From contig JANWLB010000013.1 of the NCBI GenBank assembly GCA_025451095.1, forward strand, positions 4,244-68,243: a stretch of 64,000 nt of DNA, written 5' to 3'. Shown piece after piece: positions 36,590 through 48,157 of this stretch. The notes under the pieces are model-generated. The model did not search any database, was not told where the DNA came from, and worked only from the letters and a program-made list of their open reading frames with translations. The number at the start of each line of letters is the position of its first letter. The first letter of the stretch is position 1. The DNA is from Alphaproteobacteria bacterium. GTDB taxonomy: Bacteria; Pseudomonadota; Alphaproteobacteria; Micavibrionales; Micavibrionaceae. Position numbers and translations under genes: made by a program.

Positions 36590-37423
36590 ATGAGCACTGT
36601 CTTTTGCAACGGATCGTTCATGGACGCGGCGGCAACACCTGTCGGCATAACCGACCGGGGATTCACGCTGGCCGACGGGATATTCGATACGCTTCTGGTT
36701 ATAGATGGTCAGCCCCTTCTGACAGAAGCCCACCTCACAAGGCTTCAGGATCATGCCAGACAGGTGCGGATTCCCCTGGCCCTTTCCGTCGCTGATCTTA
36801 GAAAGGCAGCCCTGACCCTGATTCAAAAAAACGGCTATACCAAAGGACGCTACGCTCTGCGCACGACGCTGACCCGGGGCCCGGCACCGCGCGGGCTTCT
36901 GCCGCCGGAACCGCCCACGCCCACCTTGCTAATGACCATTCAGCCCGCCCCGGCACCGGACACGATCCCTCCCATCCATGCCTTTACAGCAGGCAGTACG
37001 CGGCGGAATGAGCATTCGCCGCTATCGCGCATCAAATCCCTGCAATATGGCGACAATCTTCTGGCGCTGATGGAAGCGCGGGACAAGGGCGGTAACGAGG
37101 CCGTGCTGCTGAATACGGCCGGGCACGCCGCCTGCGCCACCGCCGGGAATATATTCATCCGCGAAGGCGGAAAACTGATCACCCCGCCCCTGAAGGACGG
37201 TGTCCTGAATGGCATTGTACGGGAAACCCTGCTGCGGCAAACAGAGACGCGTGAAGAATCACTGACTGTGAAGCGGATTCAGCAGGCAGAAGCCATCTAC
37301 ATAACCAGCAGTCTTTCCGGTGTACGCGGCCTGAGCAGTTTTGACGGCAGGGCCCTGCCGGGCGCGGAAGATCCGTTCCTGAAAGAGATGATTACGAGCC
37401 TTCCGCAGAAGGATGCGGCGTAA
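36590..37423 (+). CDS. pabC: aminodeoxychorismate lyase / class IV aminotransferase
   Basis: Fold-type IV PLP pattern (DRGFTLADGIFDT, IKSLQYGDNLLA, LNGIVRE). Positioned in the pab operon. Confidence 0.7.
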   Translation: MSTVFCNGSFMDAAATPVGITDRGFTLADGIFDTLLVIDGQPLLTEAHLTRLQDHARQVRIPLALSVADLRKAALTLIQKNGYTKGRYALRTTLTRGPAPRGLLPPEPPTPTLLMTIQPAPAPDTIPPIHAFTAGSTRRNEHSPLSRIKSLQYGDNLLALMEARDKGGNEAVLLNTAGHAACATAGNIFIREGGKLITPPLKDGVLNGIVRETLLRQTETREESLTVKRIQQAEAIYITSSLSGVRGLSSFDGRALPGAEDPFLKEMITSLPQKDAA

Positions 37424-37754
37424 GAGCCAAGGCCGAGCGCTTTTTCTGCGCGGCGGACGAGCCATTCGAGACCTCAGCCTCAAGAATGCACCGGCCCCGG
37501 TCATCGACAAGATTATTAAGCCGGTCGGTAAGGCTCTGGGCACGAACCATGCAATAATGAAGTGGCAGTAAAACATGGCATTCGCCATAGGCGTGGCCGA
37601 CATCGACCTCCAGAGTGCGGTCCAGCCCCTGAATGGCCTGCGTGATCGCATCAAGGTGCTCGGAGATATACCCGCCCGCCAACGCCGGACGAAGCGTTAC
37701 GCACAATGAACGCTGGGCCTGCGTATAATCATGAAGGCTGCCGGGCTTGATCAT
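37392..37754 (-). CDS. hypothetical protein downstream of atpC
   Basis: 120-aa ORF whose ATG is preceded by CAGGAG with a 4-nt spacer. I recognise no family. Convergent overlap of 32 nt with pabC. Confidence 0.4.
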   Translation of the reverse strand: MIKPGSLHDYTQAQRSLCVTLRPALAGGYISEHLDAITQAIQGLDRTLEVDVGHAYGECHVLLPLHYCMVRAQSLTDRLNNLVDDRGRCILEAEVSNGSSAAQKKRSALALTPHPSAEGS

Positions 37755-37835
37755 AAAACTCCTGCTGTTTCATAACCATTATGAAACCCAGAAATTAATG
37801 CCTAGTTATCAGGAAGTTACCAAATGATTACCGGA

Positions 37836-38252
37836 TCAGGCCGTCACGGCCGCCAGTTTTGCCTGCGCCACCGCCAGCTTACGCTGAATCCGCACCTTTT
37901 CCGCCTCATCCGCCGCCATTCCCATGTCCTCGGTCAGATTGCTGATGGCTTTTTCCAGATCGGCTTTGCTCAGCTCGTTCACATTCACAGCCTCCTCGGC
38001 CAGGACAGTGCAGCTCGTAGCTGTCACGTCGGCGAAACCGCCCGTGATGAAGATACGCTTCGGCTGTCCCTGATCGGCCGCGTAGACTTCAATCACGCCG
38101 GGGCGGATTGAGGCCACCAGGGCGCTGTGTCCCGGCAGAACGCCAAAATCCCCCTCCTCGCCCGGAACGACCACCATCTTGGCCGGCTCAGAGATCAGCT
38201 TGCGCTCAGGAGAAACGAGCTCAAAGTTAAAAGTCTGTAACGAAGCTGTCAT
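37836..38252 (-). CDS. atpC: F1 ATP synthase subunit epsilon
   Basis: FELVSPERKL...VVVPGEEGDFGVLPGHSALV is the classic epsilon N-domain. Confidence 0.93.
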   Translation of the reverse strand: MTASLQTFNFELVSPERKLISEPAKMVVVPGEEGDFGVLPGHSALVASIRPGVIEVYAADQGQPKRIFITGGFADVTATSCTVLAEEAVNVNELSKADLEKAISNLTEDMGMAADEAEKVRIQRKLAVAQAKLAAVTA

Positions 38253-38512
38253 GCAGCAAGTCTCCAGTGCTTAAGATAGGCGGACACAGGCATGATAATT
38301 TCCGGCTTTGAGGAATCAAGCGGCCCTCTTTTGAGAACCGGGGCATCCTTCCCACCGAACGTGATAGACGCCCCTTCATGATTGCCATTAACAAACAGGA
38401 AGACCTTTTTCGCTGCTGCCGACAGGTTTGTATGCCGCAAAATAAATCCTTCGGAAGCCAGCTTCCGAGCGGCCCTGTCGACCGTTTTGTCGCCTGTGTC
38501 CTTAAGTCGCAT
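38249..38512 (-). CDS. hypothetical 87-aa basic protein inserted between atpD and atpC
   Basis: Starts 5 nt after the atpD stop, and its stop overlaps the atpC start (ATGA). No family recognised. Confidence 0.5.
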   Translation of the reverse strand: MRLKDTGDKTVDRAARKLASEGFILRHTNLSAAAKKVFLFVNGNHEGASITFGGKDAPVLKRGPLDSSKPEIIMPVSAYLKHWRLAA

Positions 38513-38517
38513 GGTTA

Positions 38518-39960
<1,443 letters not shown>

Positions 39961-39992
39961 TTAAAATTTCCAAATATCCGGGATACCCGGGC

Positions 39993-40388
39993 TTACATTT
40001 CGGGCCTGAAGCTTTGCGGAGGCCGGGAGCTCGGCGGCGTCAGCGATATCTCCATACTGGCCGTGCGGCGTCCATCCGGCGTGAGATAAGGCAGCTCTGC
40101 CGCACTGATATCCTCATCCGTAATGCCGAGCCGGTCGCCCATGGCAATGAAGGTAGCCATCGTATCAATCATGTCTTCGTCAAGCTCATAGCTCAGCCCG
40201 CCATCAGCTCTTTCCACTTCTTTCGCAAGATCAAAAACCTCGCGCGTGGCAAGAATGAGGCGCTCGCGGCTCAAAGGCTGCTGCAGATGCTCTTTCAGAT
40301 AGTGATGGGCAACCCTCAGAAAGTAGCTGTAGGCCTCGCGGGCGGGATTGCTTTCCTCGTCAAATCTTTTCGTAAGATACTGTGTCAT
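39993..40388 (-). CDS. hypothetical 131-aa acidic protein inside the atp operon
   Basis: Starts 2 nt after the PAP2 stop and ends 47 nt before atpD. No family recognised. Confidence 0.5.
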   Translation of the reverse strand: MTQYLTKRFDEESNPAREAYSYFLRVAHHYLKEHLQQPLSRERLILATREVFDLAKEVERADGGLSYELDEDMIDTMATFIAMGDRLGITDEDISAAELPYLTPDGRRTASMEISLTPPSSRPPQSFRPEM

Positions 40389-40390
40389 GA

Positions 40391-41233
40391 CTACTCTCCT
40401 TTTTTTTCCGCCGGAGGCGCCGTGGGCGTGAACTCCTGCTGCGCCGATGAATAGAGTGCGGCAATCTTCTCACTTTTCAGGATTTCTGGTACCACCGCTG
40501 CGGCCAGAGTCCTGCCGGCTTCGGAATCGCTGGGATAATGAAGCCCTGCGATCTCACGCCGATGCGCTATGTCTAATGCCTTCTTCTCATACACATCTTT
40601 ATGTGCCGGATCAAGCGTTTCCAGCATCAGCGCCGCCGCCCAGCTCTGCCCGGCATGGCCGGAGGGATAGGCGGAATGCGACGGAATCGTAATAACCGGG
40701 GTCAGCTTGTCCGAAAGCTGCGTCGGCCGGGCACGCTGATATTTCCACTTTTCCCGCATGATGAAATGCGACACCTCATGATCAACCAGGCGCAGCAGTT
40801 CGTGTGTATTCCTGTACTGAAAGGCATATTCCACATCCGGTATCACATTGAACTGGCCCGGGAACTGGCCCGGCCGCCCTCTCACAGGGTCCAGCGTCGC
40901 CCCTGCCATTAAAACGACCAGAAATGGCGCCTTTGACGCTTCATAATTGATTGCCTTTATCTCCTCCGGCGTGCGGGCCTCCGCCTGCAGACGCAGAAGC
41001 GCGGCAATTTCCGCCACGGTCTCCGGCGAGTCATTCGCCGGCGCTGGCTTGATATGAACGTCGAATTCGGCCGGAAGATAGGCAGGCGCCTCGTCTTTCA
41101 GCGCCAGTACATCCGGGCCCCAAAGCCCGGATGGGTATTTTACATCATCGGCGGCGGCAGGGCGGACCGTCACCGACAGTACAGCCATCAGCGCGATTGA
41201 AATGCAAACGCCATACTGAACGATGTTTTTCAT
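40391..41233 (-). CDS. secreted class-A PAP2 acid phosphatase
   Basis: Has a signal peptide (..VRPAAADD). All three PAP2 motifs are present: KWKYQRARP (KxxxxxxRP), YPSGH, and RREIAGLHYPSD (RxxxxxHxxxD). Confidence 0.85.
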   Translation of the reverse strand: MKNIVQYGVCISIALMAVLSVTVRPAAADDVKYPSGLWGPDVLALKDEAPAYLPAEFDVHIKPAPANDSPETVAEIAALLRLQAEARTPEEIKAINYEASKAPFLVVLMAGATLDPVRGRPGQFPGQFNVIPDVEYAFQYRNTHELLRLVDHEVSHFIMREKWKYQRARPTQLSDKLTPVITIPSHSAYPSGHAGQSWAAALMLETLDPAHKDVYEKKALDIAHRREIAGLHYPSDSEAGRTLAAAVVPEILKSEKIAALYSSAQQEFTPTAPPAEKKGE

Positions 41234-41544
41234 CCTACATCCAAACGCGCCTCAGGGTGTTTTTCCCTCAGACGCACGCACAGTTTTTCCACGTGGTATC
41301 CCAGAGCGATCAAATCCTGCTGACCCATGCCTACAATACTCAGATTTGCATTTTCCCGCGGATCACCGGAATCCTTCTTCCCCGCTTCCTGTGCCGCGAA
41401 CACCGCTTTTAAGGTGCCCGGCGCATAAGGATCGGTCAACTGAACCATGAATTTTCCTGCTGTCGCGCTGTGATAAAGCTGGAAGTGAAACGCACTTTGG
41501 CTTAAAGCCCCCAGTCCTCTCCAGTCTTTCACCGCCCGCGGCAT
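41230..41544 (-). CDS. hypothetical 104-aa protein immediately after atpG
   Basis: Its ATG lies 1 nt after the atpG stop, and its stop overlaps the PAP2 start (ATGA). No family recognised. Confidence 0.5.
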   Translation of the reverse strand: MPRAVKDWRGLGALSQSAFHFQLYHSATAGKFMVQLTDPYAPGTLKAVFAAQEAGKKDSGDPRENANLSIVGMGQQDLIALGYHVEKLCVRLREKHPEARLDVG

Positions 41545-41545
41545 C

Positions 41546-42481
41546 TTAAATCGCCTCCGCGCCGGAAATGATCTCGATCAGCTCCTTGGTAATGTAAGCC
41601 TGACGCGCGCGGTTATAACGGATCGTCAGGCGGTTGATCAGGTCGCCCGCGTTGCGCGTGGCGTTGTCCATCGCTGTCATGCGCGCCGCCTGTTCGCCCG
41701 CCGCGCTGTCCAGCAGCGCGCGGTAAATCTGGACACCCAGATTGCGCGGCAGAAGCTGGCTCAGGATTTTGTCTTCTTCCGGCTCAAACGCGTAAGGCAC
41801 CGGAAATTGCGGCTTCTCAGCTGTATCCGCTTTCTTCTTTATATTGTCCTGCTCTTTGGTCTTGCCACCCGTCGGGGGTACGGGAGCCGTGAACGGGATC
41901 AATTGCAAACCTGTGGGCTTTTGCACCAGGATCGAGCGGAATTCATTATAAAAGAGCGTGCAAACGTCGAATGTGCCGGCATCAAACTGTTCCAGCACAT
42001 AATGAGCGACCTTAGTGGCCTCCGCGAACGATATTTTCCCCTTGTTATCAAGCCCGACAAAGCTGTTAATGATGCGGTCGCTGAATTCGCGGCGCAGAAC
42101 GTCACGCGCCTTGCGCCCGGCACAGACGACCTTCACCTTTTTACCTTCCCTTTCCAGGCGGCCAATCTCGTTCCGCGCTGCCCGGATCAGGTTTGCATTG
42201 AAACCGCCGCACAGGCCGCGGTCCGATGTGACCACCACCAGAAGATGGGTGTCAGTCCGTCCCGTGCCGATCAGCAGCTTCGGGCTACCCGGACCAATAA
42301 CGACACCTCCGGCTACCCGCGCCATCATGCCCGCCATGGCGGCCGCGTAAGGCTGACTGGCCTCCGCCTGCTCCTGAGCTTTTTTCAGCTTGGACGCGGC
42401 AACCATCTTCATCGCCGAGGTAATCTTCCTCGTCGATTTTACGCTGGCTATCCGGTTTCTGTATTCCTTTAAACTGGGCAT
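41546..42481 (-). CDS. atpG: F1 ATP synthase subunit gamma
   Basis: [32 protein letters not shown] and the C-terminal [14 protein letters not shown]. Contains a Lys-rich insert of about 20 aa ([20 protein letters not shown]). Confidence 0.95.
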   Translation of the reverse strand: MPSLKEYRNRIASVKSTRKITSAMKMVAASKLKKAQEQAEASQPYAAAMAGMMARVAGGVVIGPGSPKLLIGTGRTDTHLLVVVTSDRGLCGGFNANLIRAARNEIGRLEREGKKVKVVCAGRKARDVLRREFSDRIINSFVGLDNKGKISFAEATKVAHYVLEQFDAGTFDVCTLFYNEFRSILVQKPTGLQLIPFTAPVPPTGGKTKEQDNIKKKADTAEKPQFPVPYAFEPEEDKILSQLLPRNLGVQIYRALLDSAAGEQAARMTAMDNATRNAGDLINRLTIRYNRARQAYITKELIEIISGAEAI

Positions 42482-42499
42482 TAACTTTATGCTCCTGCT

Positions 42500-42844
42500 T
42501 TATACTTTAGGAAAAGGCGGTTGAATAATATGAGACACCGGCTTACCAGAAACTTGCGGATACAGCTTTACCGATCCCGAAGCAACGACCTGGCGCATTT
42601 CTTCACTTTGCAAACTTTCCATCAGTGCTTCCGCGTTTCGAGCGTCATCAGAAAAAACGTTAAACTGGCTTTTTATATCGTCTGCGCGGCGTACATCCTC
42701 GCCGCCCATGGAAAAAATTTTTCTTAGTTCTTCAACAGGCGTGTCATTAACGCATTCCTTGCGCGCACCATATGTCGCCAGAAGATCATCCAGCGCTTTT
42801 ACGGTGCCGCTCTCGAGGTTGCACAGCTTGACGGTTAAAAACAT
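42500..42844 (-). CDS. hypothetical 114-aa acidic protein inserted between atpA and atpG
   Basis: Its ATG lies 3 nt after the atpA stop. The gene is visibly more A/T-rich than its flanks (spot count 27 of 60 G+C in the line at 42601, against 42 of 60 in the atpA line at 43501). Confidence 0.5.
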   Translation of the reverse strand: MFLTVKLCNLESGTVKALDDLLATYGARKECVNDTPVEELRKIFSMGGEDVRRADDIKSQFNVFSDDARNAEALMESLQSEEMRQVVASGSVKLYPQVSGKPVSHIIQPPFPKV

Positions 42845-42847
42845 GTA

Positions 42848-44398
<1,551 letters not shown>

Positions 44399-44456
44399 TT
44401 CTTTTCCTCTTGGCTCTGGAAGTCTATTCTAAAAAAAACTAAAAAGTTAAAAATCC

Positions 44457-45080
44457 TCAGGCCGCCTTATCGGCGCCTGCATTCATCATCGCGCGCTGGA
44501 GACGCTCCAGTTTGCGCTTCACGGAATCATCAATCATGCGGGAGCCGACCGTAACGATCATACCTCCCAGAAGATCCCTGTTCACTTCGACGTTCAGCGC
44601 AACGGCTGAACCTGTCGACTTGCTCAGCTGTTCCTGCAGGGCGCGGGTCTGGGCGGGGGTCAGGGCGTGCGCCGTCTGGACACGCGCCTCAACCTGGCCG
44701 CGGCGGCGGCGCAGTTCGTTGCGGAAAGTGTTGATGATGATCTGGGCAGCGTACAGGCGGCCGTTGCGCGCCAGGACGCCGATGAAATTCTTGGTCAGGG
44801 TATGGAACTGCGCCTTGTCGGCCAGGGCGCTCAAAGCTTTCCTTTGTTTTTCACGGGAAACCAGCGGGCTTTCCAGAAGATTTTGAAGGTCCGGGCTGCT
44901 CCCGAGCATGGCCTGCAGTTCGAGCAAATCTTTTTCAACGTTTTCAAGAGCTTTGGCCTGAGCAGCGATATCGATCAGCGCCACCGCATAACGTGTTGCC
45001 ACAAGACCCGATCCTGTTGAACCTGCTGCCACTTTCCGTGTTCCCCGCACTATGGATGACGTCTGGCGTCGGTTTAGCAT
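44457..45080 (-). CDS. atpH: F1 ATP synthase subunit delta (OSCP)
   Basis: VATRYAVALIDIA... and the C-terminal GGMIVTVGSRMIDDSVKRKL are typical delta/OSCP features. The start is taken at Met28 of the tracked ORF and is uncertain. Confidence 0.85.
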   Translation of the reverse strand: MLNRRQTSSIVRGTRKVAAGSTGSGLVATRYAVALIDIAAQAKALENVEKDLLELQAMLGSSPDLQNLLESPLVSREKQRKALSALADKAQFHTLTKNFIGVLARNGRLYAAQIIINTFRNELRRRRGQVEARVQTAHALTPAQTRALQEQLSKSTGSAVALNVEVNRDLLGGMIVTVGSRMIDDSVKRKLERLQRAMMNAGADKAA

Positions 45081-45226
45081 ATGAATAAGGTGGGGCGCAA
45101 GCTGCGATGTCGGTTTTCCAGCTCTTTTTACGATTGTCTGCGCCTTTCCTCTATGCGACATTTTGAAGACCGCTTATCCCCGTACCGATCCGGGATTTAT
45201 GTCCGGAGTGACAGGCCCTTCACCCT

Positions 45227-47083
45227 ATGCCGCAAGACTTTTCTTCCTGCCACCGCTTCGATGACTTTTCCGCCGTTTTCGCCGCCACGCGGACGCAACC
45301 CCGGGGGAAGGCTTTTCTCACCGCCGGGAGCCATATTCTGACCTATGGCCAGGCCGAAGACCTGACGGCGCGCCTGTGCGGGTTCTTCGCCGAAAAAGGC
45401 CTGCGCCGGGGCGACCGGGCCGTAATCTTAAGTCACGACGATATTGCCGCCGTCACCTTGTTCCTCTCCTGTCTGCGCTTCGGCCTGACTGCTGTCATCA
45501 TCAACCCGGAAGCCAGCCAGGAAGAGCAGGAAAATCTCATAAAGGCGGCCAGAGCCCGTGCTTTATTCGCGGACAAGGCGTTTTTAAGCCCGATTTCATC
45601 CTCCGATATGGTTATTTTGCCAATTTCACCCGGATCCGGGCACAAAAAACCAGGCTTTCTGGCAAAAAAAACGGACAGGCAGGTCTTTCCCCAGCAGATT
45701 TACAACTTTGAGCCGGCAAAAGACCTGCCAGTCATTCCGCTGGATACCGTCGCCTATATTCTGTTTACCTCGGGCACGACCTCCCGGCCCAAGGGGGTGG
45801 AGATCACTCACGGCAATCTTCTGGCCCAGATGAAGACCTTCGTCCGGCACTACGGCTATGATGCCCGCTCTTCCCTTCTGAACATTCTGCCCCTGCATCA
45901 CACTGACGGCCTGACCCAGGGGCCGGTCGTGGCTTTTACCGCCGGATGCAACGTTCACAGGCCTTTCAGATTTTCTATGAACAAACTCCAGAATATTATT
46001 GATTCTGTTTATAAATATAAAATCAGCCATTTCATTGCCGTGCCCGCGATGCTTCAGCTTCTCGACGCCCTCGATGCCGGCGCGAATGATGCCTTCAAAA
46101 CCCCTGATTTCAAATTCGTGATCTCGACAGCCGGCTTTCTCGATCCTCATTTATGGGAGCGGTTTGAAGCGCGATTTGGCGTGATGGTGGTCAATGTCTA
46201 CGGCCTGACTGAAACGGTATGCGAAGCCCTCTATTGCGGTCCCACCCCGGAAACAAGGCGGCCGGGCTCGATCGGCAAGCCGGTTGATACGGAATGCCGG
46301 ATCGTCGGGGAAGACGGCCGGGATCTGCCCGATGGCCAGACCGGGGAGCTGTGGCTCAAAGGCCCCCACATCATGAAGGGTTATTTTGAAATGCCGCAGG
46401 AAACCGCCGAGGTCTTAAGCCCGGACGGCTGGCTCAGGACCGGCGATCTTTGCCGCCGCGATGCTGACGGCTTCTATTACATAGCCGGGCGTAAAAAGAA
46501 CGTCATTATCGTCGGCGGCATGAATATCTATCCCGAAGACGTCGCCAGCGTCCTGCGCCGCCTGCCCGGCATTCTGGACGCCGCCGTCTGGGGCGAAACG
46601 GACCCGACCTGGGGAGAAACCGTCACTGCCGCCGTCATGCCGCAAAAAGGCGTACTCCTTGATCCCGACAAGCTGGGCGCGGCCTTCCTTGAACACGCCG
46701 CGCTCCAGATGCTGCCCCGGCAGATTCACGTGGTTGACGAACTCCCGCGCGGGCCCGCCGGCAAGGTCATCATCCGGGATTTGCGTGAAAAAATTGCAGC
46801 GAAAAGCACAACGCCCGTCAGGGCCAGCGCCACGACGCACGACGATCTGCCGTCCCGGATTATCGCCACAGCGGCCCGCTCTTTCAAATGCCCGCCGGAC
46901 GTATTGAGCCTTGAATCGACGGCAGAGACGACAAAAGGCTGGAACTCTCTCGCCCATATCGAATTCCTGCTTGCTCTTGAAAAGGAGTTCGCCATAAAAA
47001 TCGAACCCCGTGATATACTGAGTGTGCGCTCCCTGGGCGATGCCCTGCGTCTCATTCAGGGTAAAACGAAAAAAGCTGCGTGA
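45227..47083 (+). CDS. adenylate-forming enzyme fused to a C-terminal carrier-protein domain (DltA-DltC-like fusion)
   Basis: Adenylation cores are FTSGTTSRPKG, YGLTET, GRKKNVIIVGGMNIYPEDV and PRGPAGKV. The last 80 aa or so form an ACP-like domain with GWNSLAHIEF, which has Ser in the DSL position. Confidence 0.85.
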   Translation: MPQDFSSCHRFDDFSAVFAATRTQPRGKAFLTAGSHILTYGQAEDLTARLCGFFAEKGLRRGDRAVILSHDDIAAVTLFLSCLRFGLTAVIINPEASQEEQENLIKAARARALFADKAFLSPISSSDMVILPISPGSGHKKPGFLAKKTDRQVFPQQIYNFEPAKDLPVIPLDTVAYILFTSGTTSRPKGVEITHGNLLAQMKTFVRHYGYDARSSLLNILPLHHTDGLTQGPVVAFTAGCNVHRPFRFSMNKLQNIIDSVYKYKISHFIAVPAMLQLLDALDAGANDAFKTPDFKFVISTAGFLDPHLWERFEARFGVMVVNVYGLTETVCEALYCGPTPETRRPGSIGKPVDTECRIVGEDGRDLPDGQTGELWLKGPHIMKGYFEMPQETAEVLSPDGWLRTGDLCRRDADGFYYIAGRKKNVIIVGGMNIYPEDVASVLRRLPGILDAAVWGETDPTWGETVTAAVMPQKGVLLDPDKLGAAFLEHAALQMLPRQIHVVDELPRGPAGKVIIRDLREKIAAKSTTPVRASATTHDDLPSRIIATAARSFKCPPDVLSLESTAETTKGWNSLAHIEFLLALEKEFAIKIEPRDILSVRSLGDALRLIQGKTKKAA

Positions 47084-47095
47084 ACGATTTTCAAC

Positions 47096-48157
47096 ATGAG
47101 CCAGTTTAAAAAAGCCTTTCAGCTTCATAAGCCTCTGCTGATCTTCGGATGGCTTTATGGCGCGCTGATTGCCGTACTGGGGCTTTATATGGGCGCCACG
47201 GCGGACGATTTCGTCGGGATCATGCGCTATTTCATACCCGCCTCCATGACGTCCTTCTTCTTTCCCGTCATCATGCTGCCGTTCTGCCTGTTTTTCGCCA
47301 TCAAAAGCGAAAAGCCGGGCGAGAGATGGCTGCGGCGCGTGATCAACAAATTCGAAGGCAGCCTGGAGAACTATGTACGGAACGGCGGCCTTCATAACGG
47401 GCTGATGACGATGCTGGCCCTGTTTCCCGTGGTCTCTTTCTTCTGCATCGGCAAATCCATGGTGCCCAGCCTGAACACCTATCACATCGATCCCCTGCTC
47501 GCCCGTATCGACCAATTTATTCATTTTGGCCACTATCCACACGAACTCCTGATGCCCTGGATAGAAAAGAACGGACTGGCTCAGGCTGCCGACAACTTAT
47601 ACATCGGCTGGTTTGTCGTCATGTATATAATGACTGAATACTGTACATGGGCGGATACTGACGGGCGCAGGCGTATGCGGCTTCTCTGGACCTACGCCCT
47701 GAGCTGGATCATTATCGGCAACCTCATGGCCATATCCATGGCTTCCGTAGGTCCTATTTACTTCCACCTGTTCTATACCGATATCGCCTCGCCCTATGCT
47801 GATCTCATGCAACATCTTGAGATTCAGAACAAGCTCCAGCCCCTCAAGCTCTACAGCACCGCAGGCGACCTGCTCGGCATGGTAAAAGATGACAAGGTCA
47901 TCAACGTCAACGCCATTTCCGCCATGCCCAGCATGCATGTCGTGATGGCATTTCTGATCTTCCTCTATACACGCTCCATTAATAAATACATCGCCGCACT
48001 CGCCCTGGTTTATTTCTTTCTGATCCTGGGGGCATCGGTTTATCTCGGCTGGCACTACGCAATCGACGGTTATGTGGGAGTCCTGGCCGTCTGGTTCATA
48101 TGGCGCTTCTGCGGCTGGCTGACCACATGGATTGAAGAAAGACAGGCTGCCGGCTGA
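47096..48157 (+). CDS. polytopic PAP2_3-like membrane protein (Aur1/IPC-synthase or sphingomyelin-synthase-like phosphotransferase)
   Basis: Multiple TM helices. AMPSMHV (SxH) and GWHYAIDG (HYxxD) match the C2/C3 motifs of the PAP2_3 / lipid phosphotransferase branch. No KxxxxxxRP motif was seen. Confidence 0.55.
   Translation: MSQFKKAFQLHKPLLIFGWLYGALIAVLGLYMGATADDFVGIMRYFIPASMTSFFFPVIMLPFCLFFAIKSEKPGERWLRRVINKFEGSLENYVRNGGLHNGLMTMLALFPVVSFFCIGKSMVPSLNTYHIDPLLARIDQFIHFGHYPHELLMPWIEKNGLAQAADNLYIGWFVVMYIMTEYCTWADTDGRRRMRLLWTYALSWIIIGNLMAISMASVGPIYFHLFYTDIASPYADLMQHLEIQNKLQPLKLYSTAGDLLGMVKDDKVINVNAISAMPSMHVVMAFLIFLYTRSINKYIAALALVYFFLILGASVYLGWHYAIDGYVGVLAVWFIWRFCGWLTTWIEERQAAG

Noticed and set aside
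46415-47542. 375-aa ORF on the - strand
   Set aside because: It spans the junction of two well-supported + strand genes (the adenylation-carrier fusion and the PAP2_3-like gene). It is a shadow ORF.
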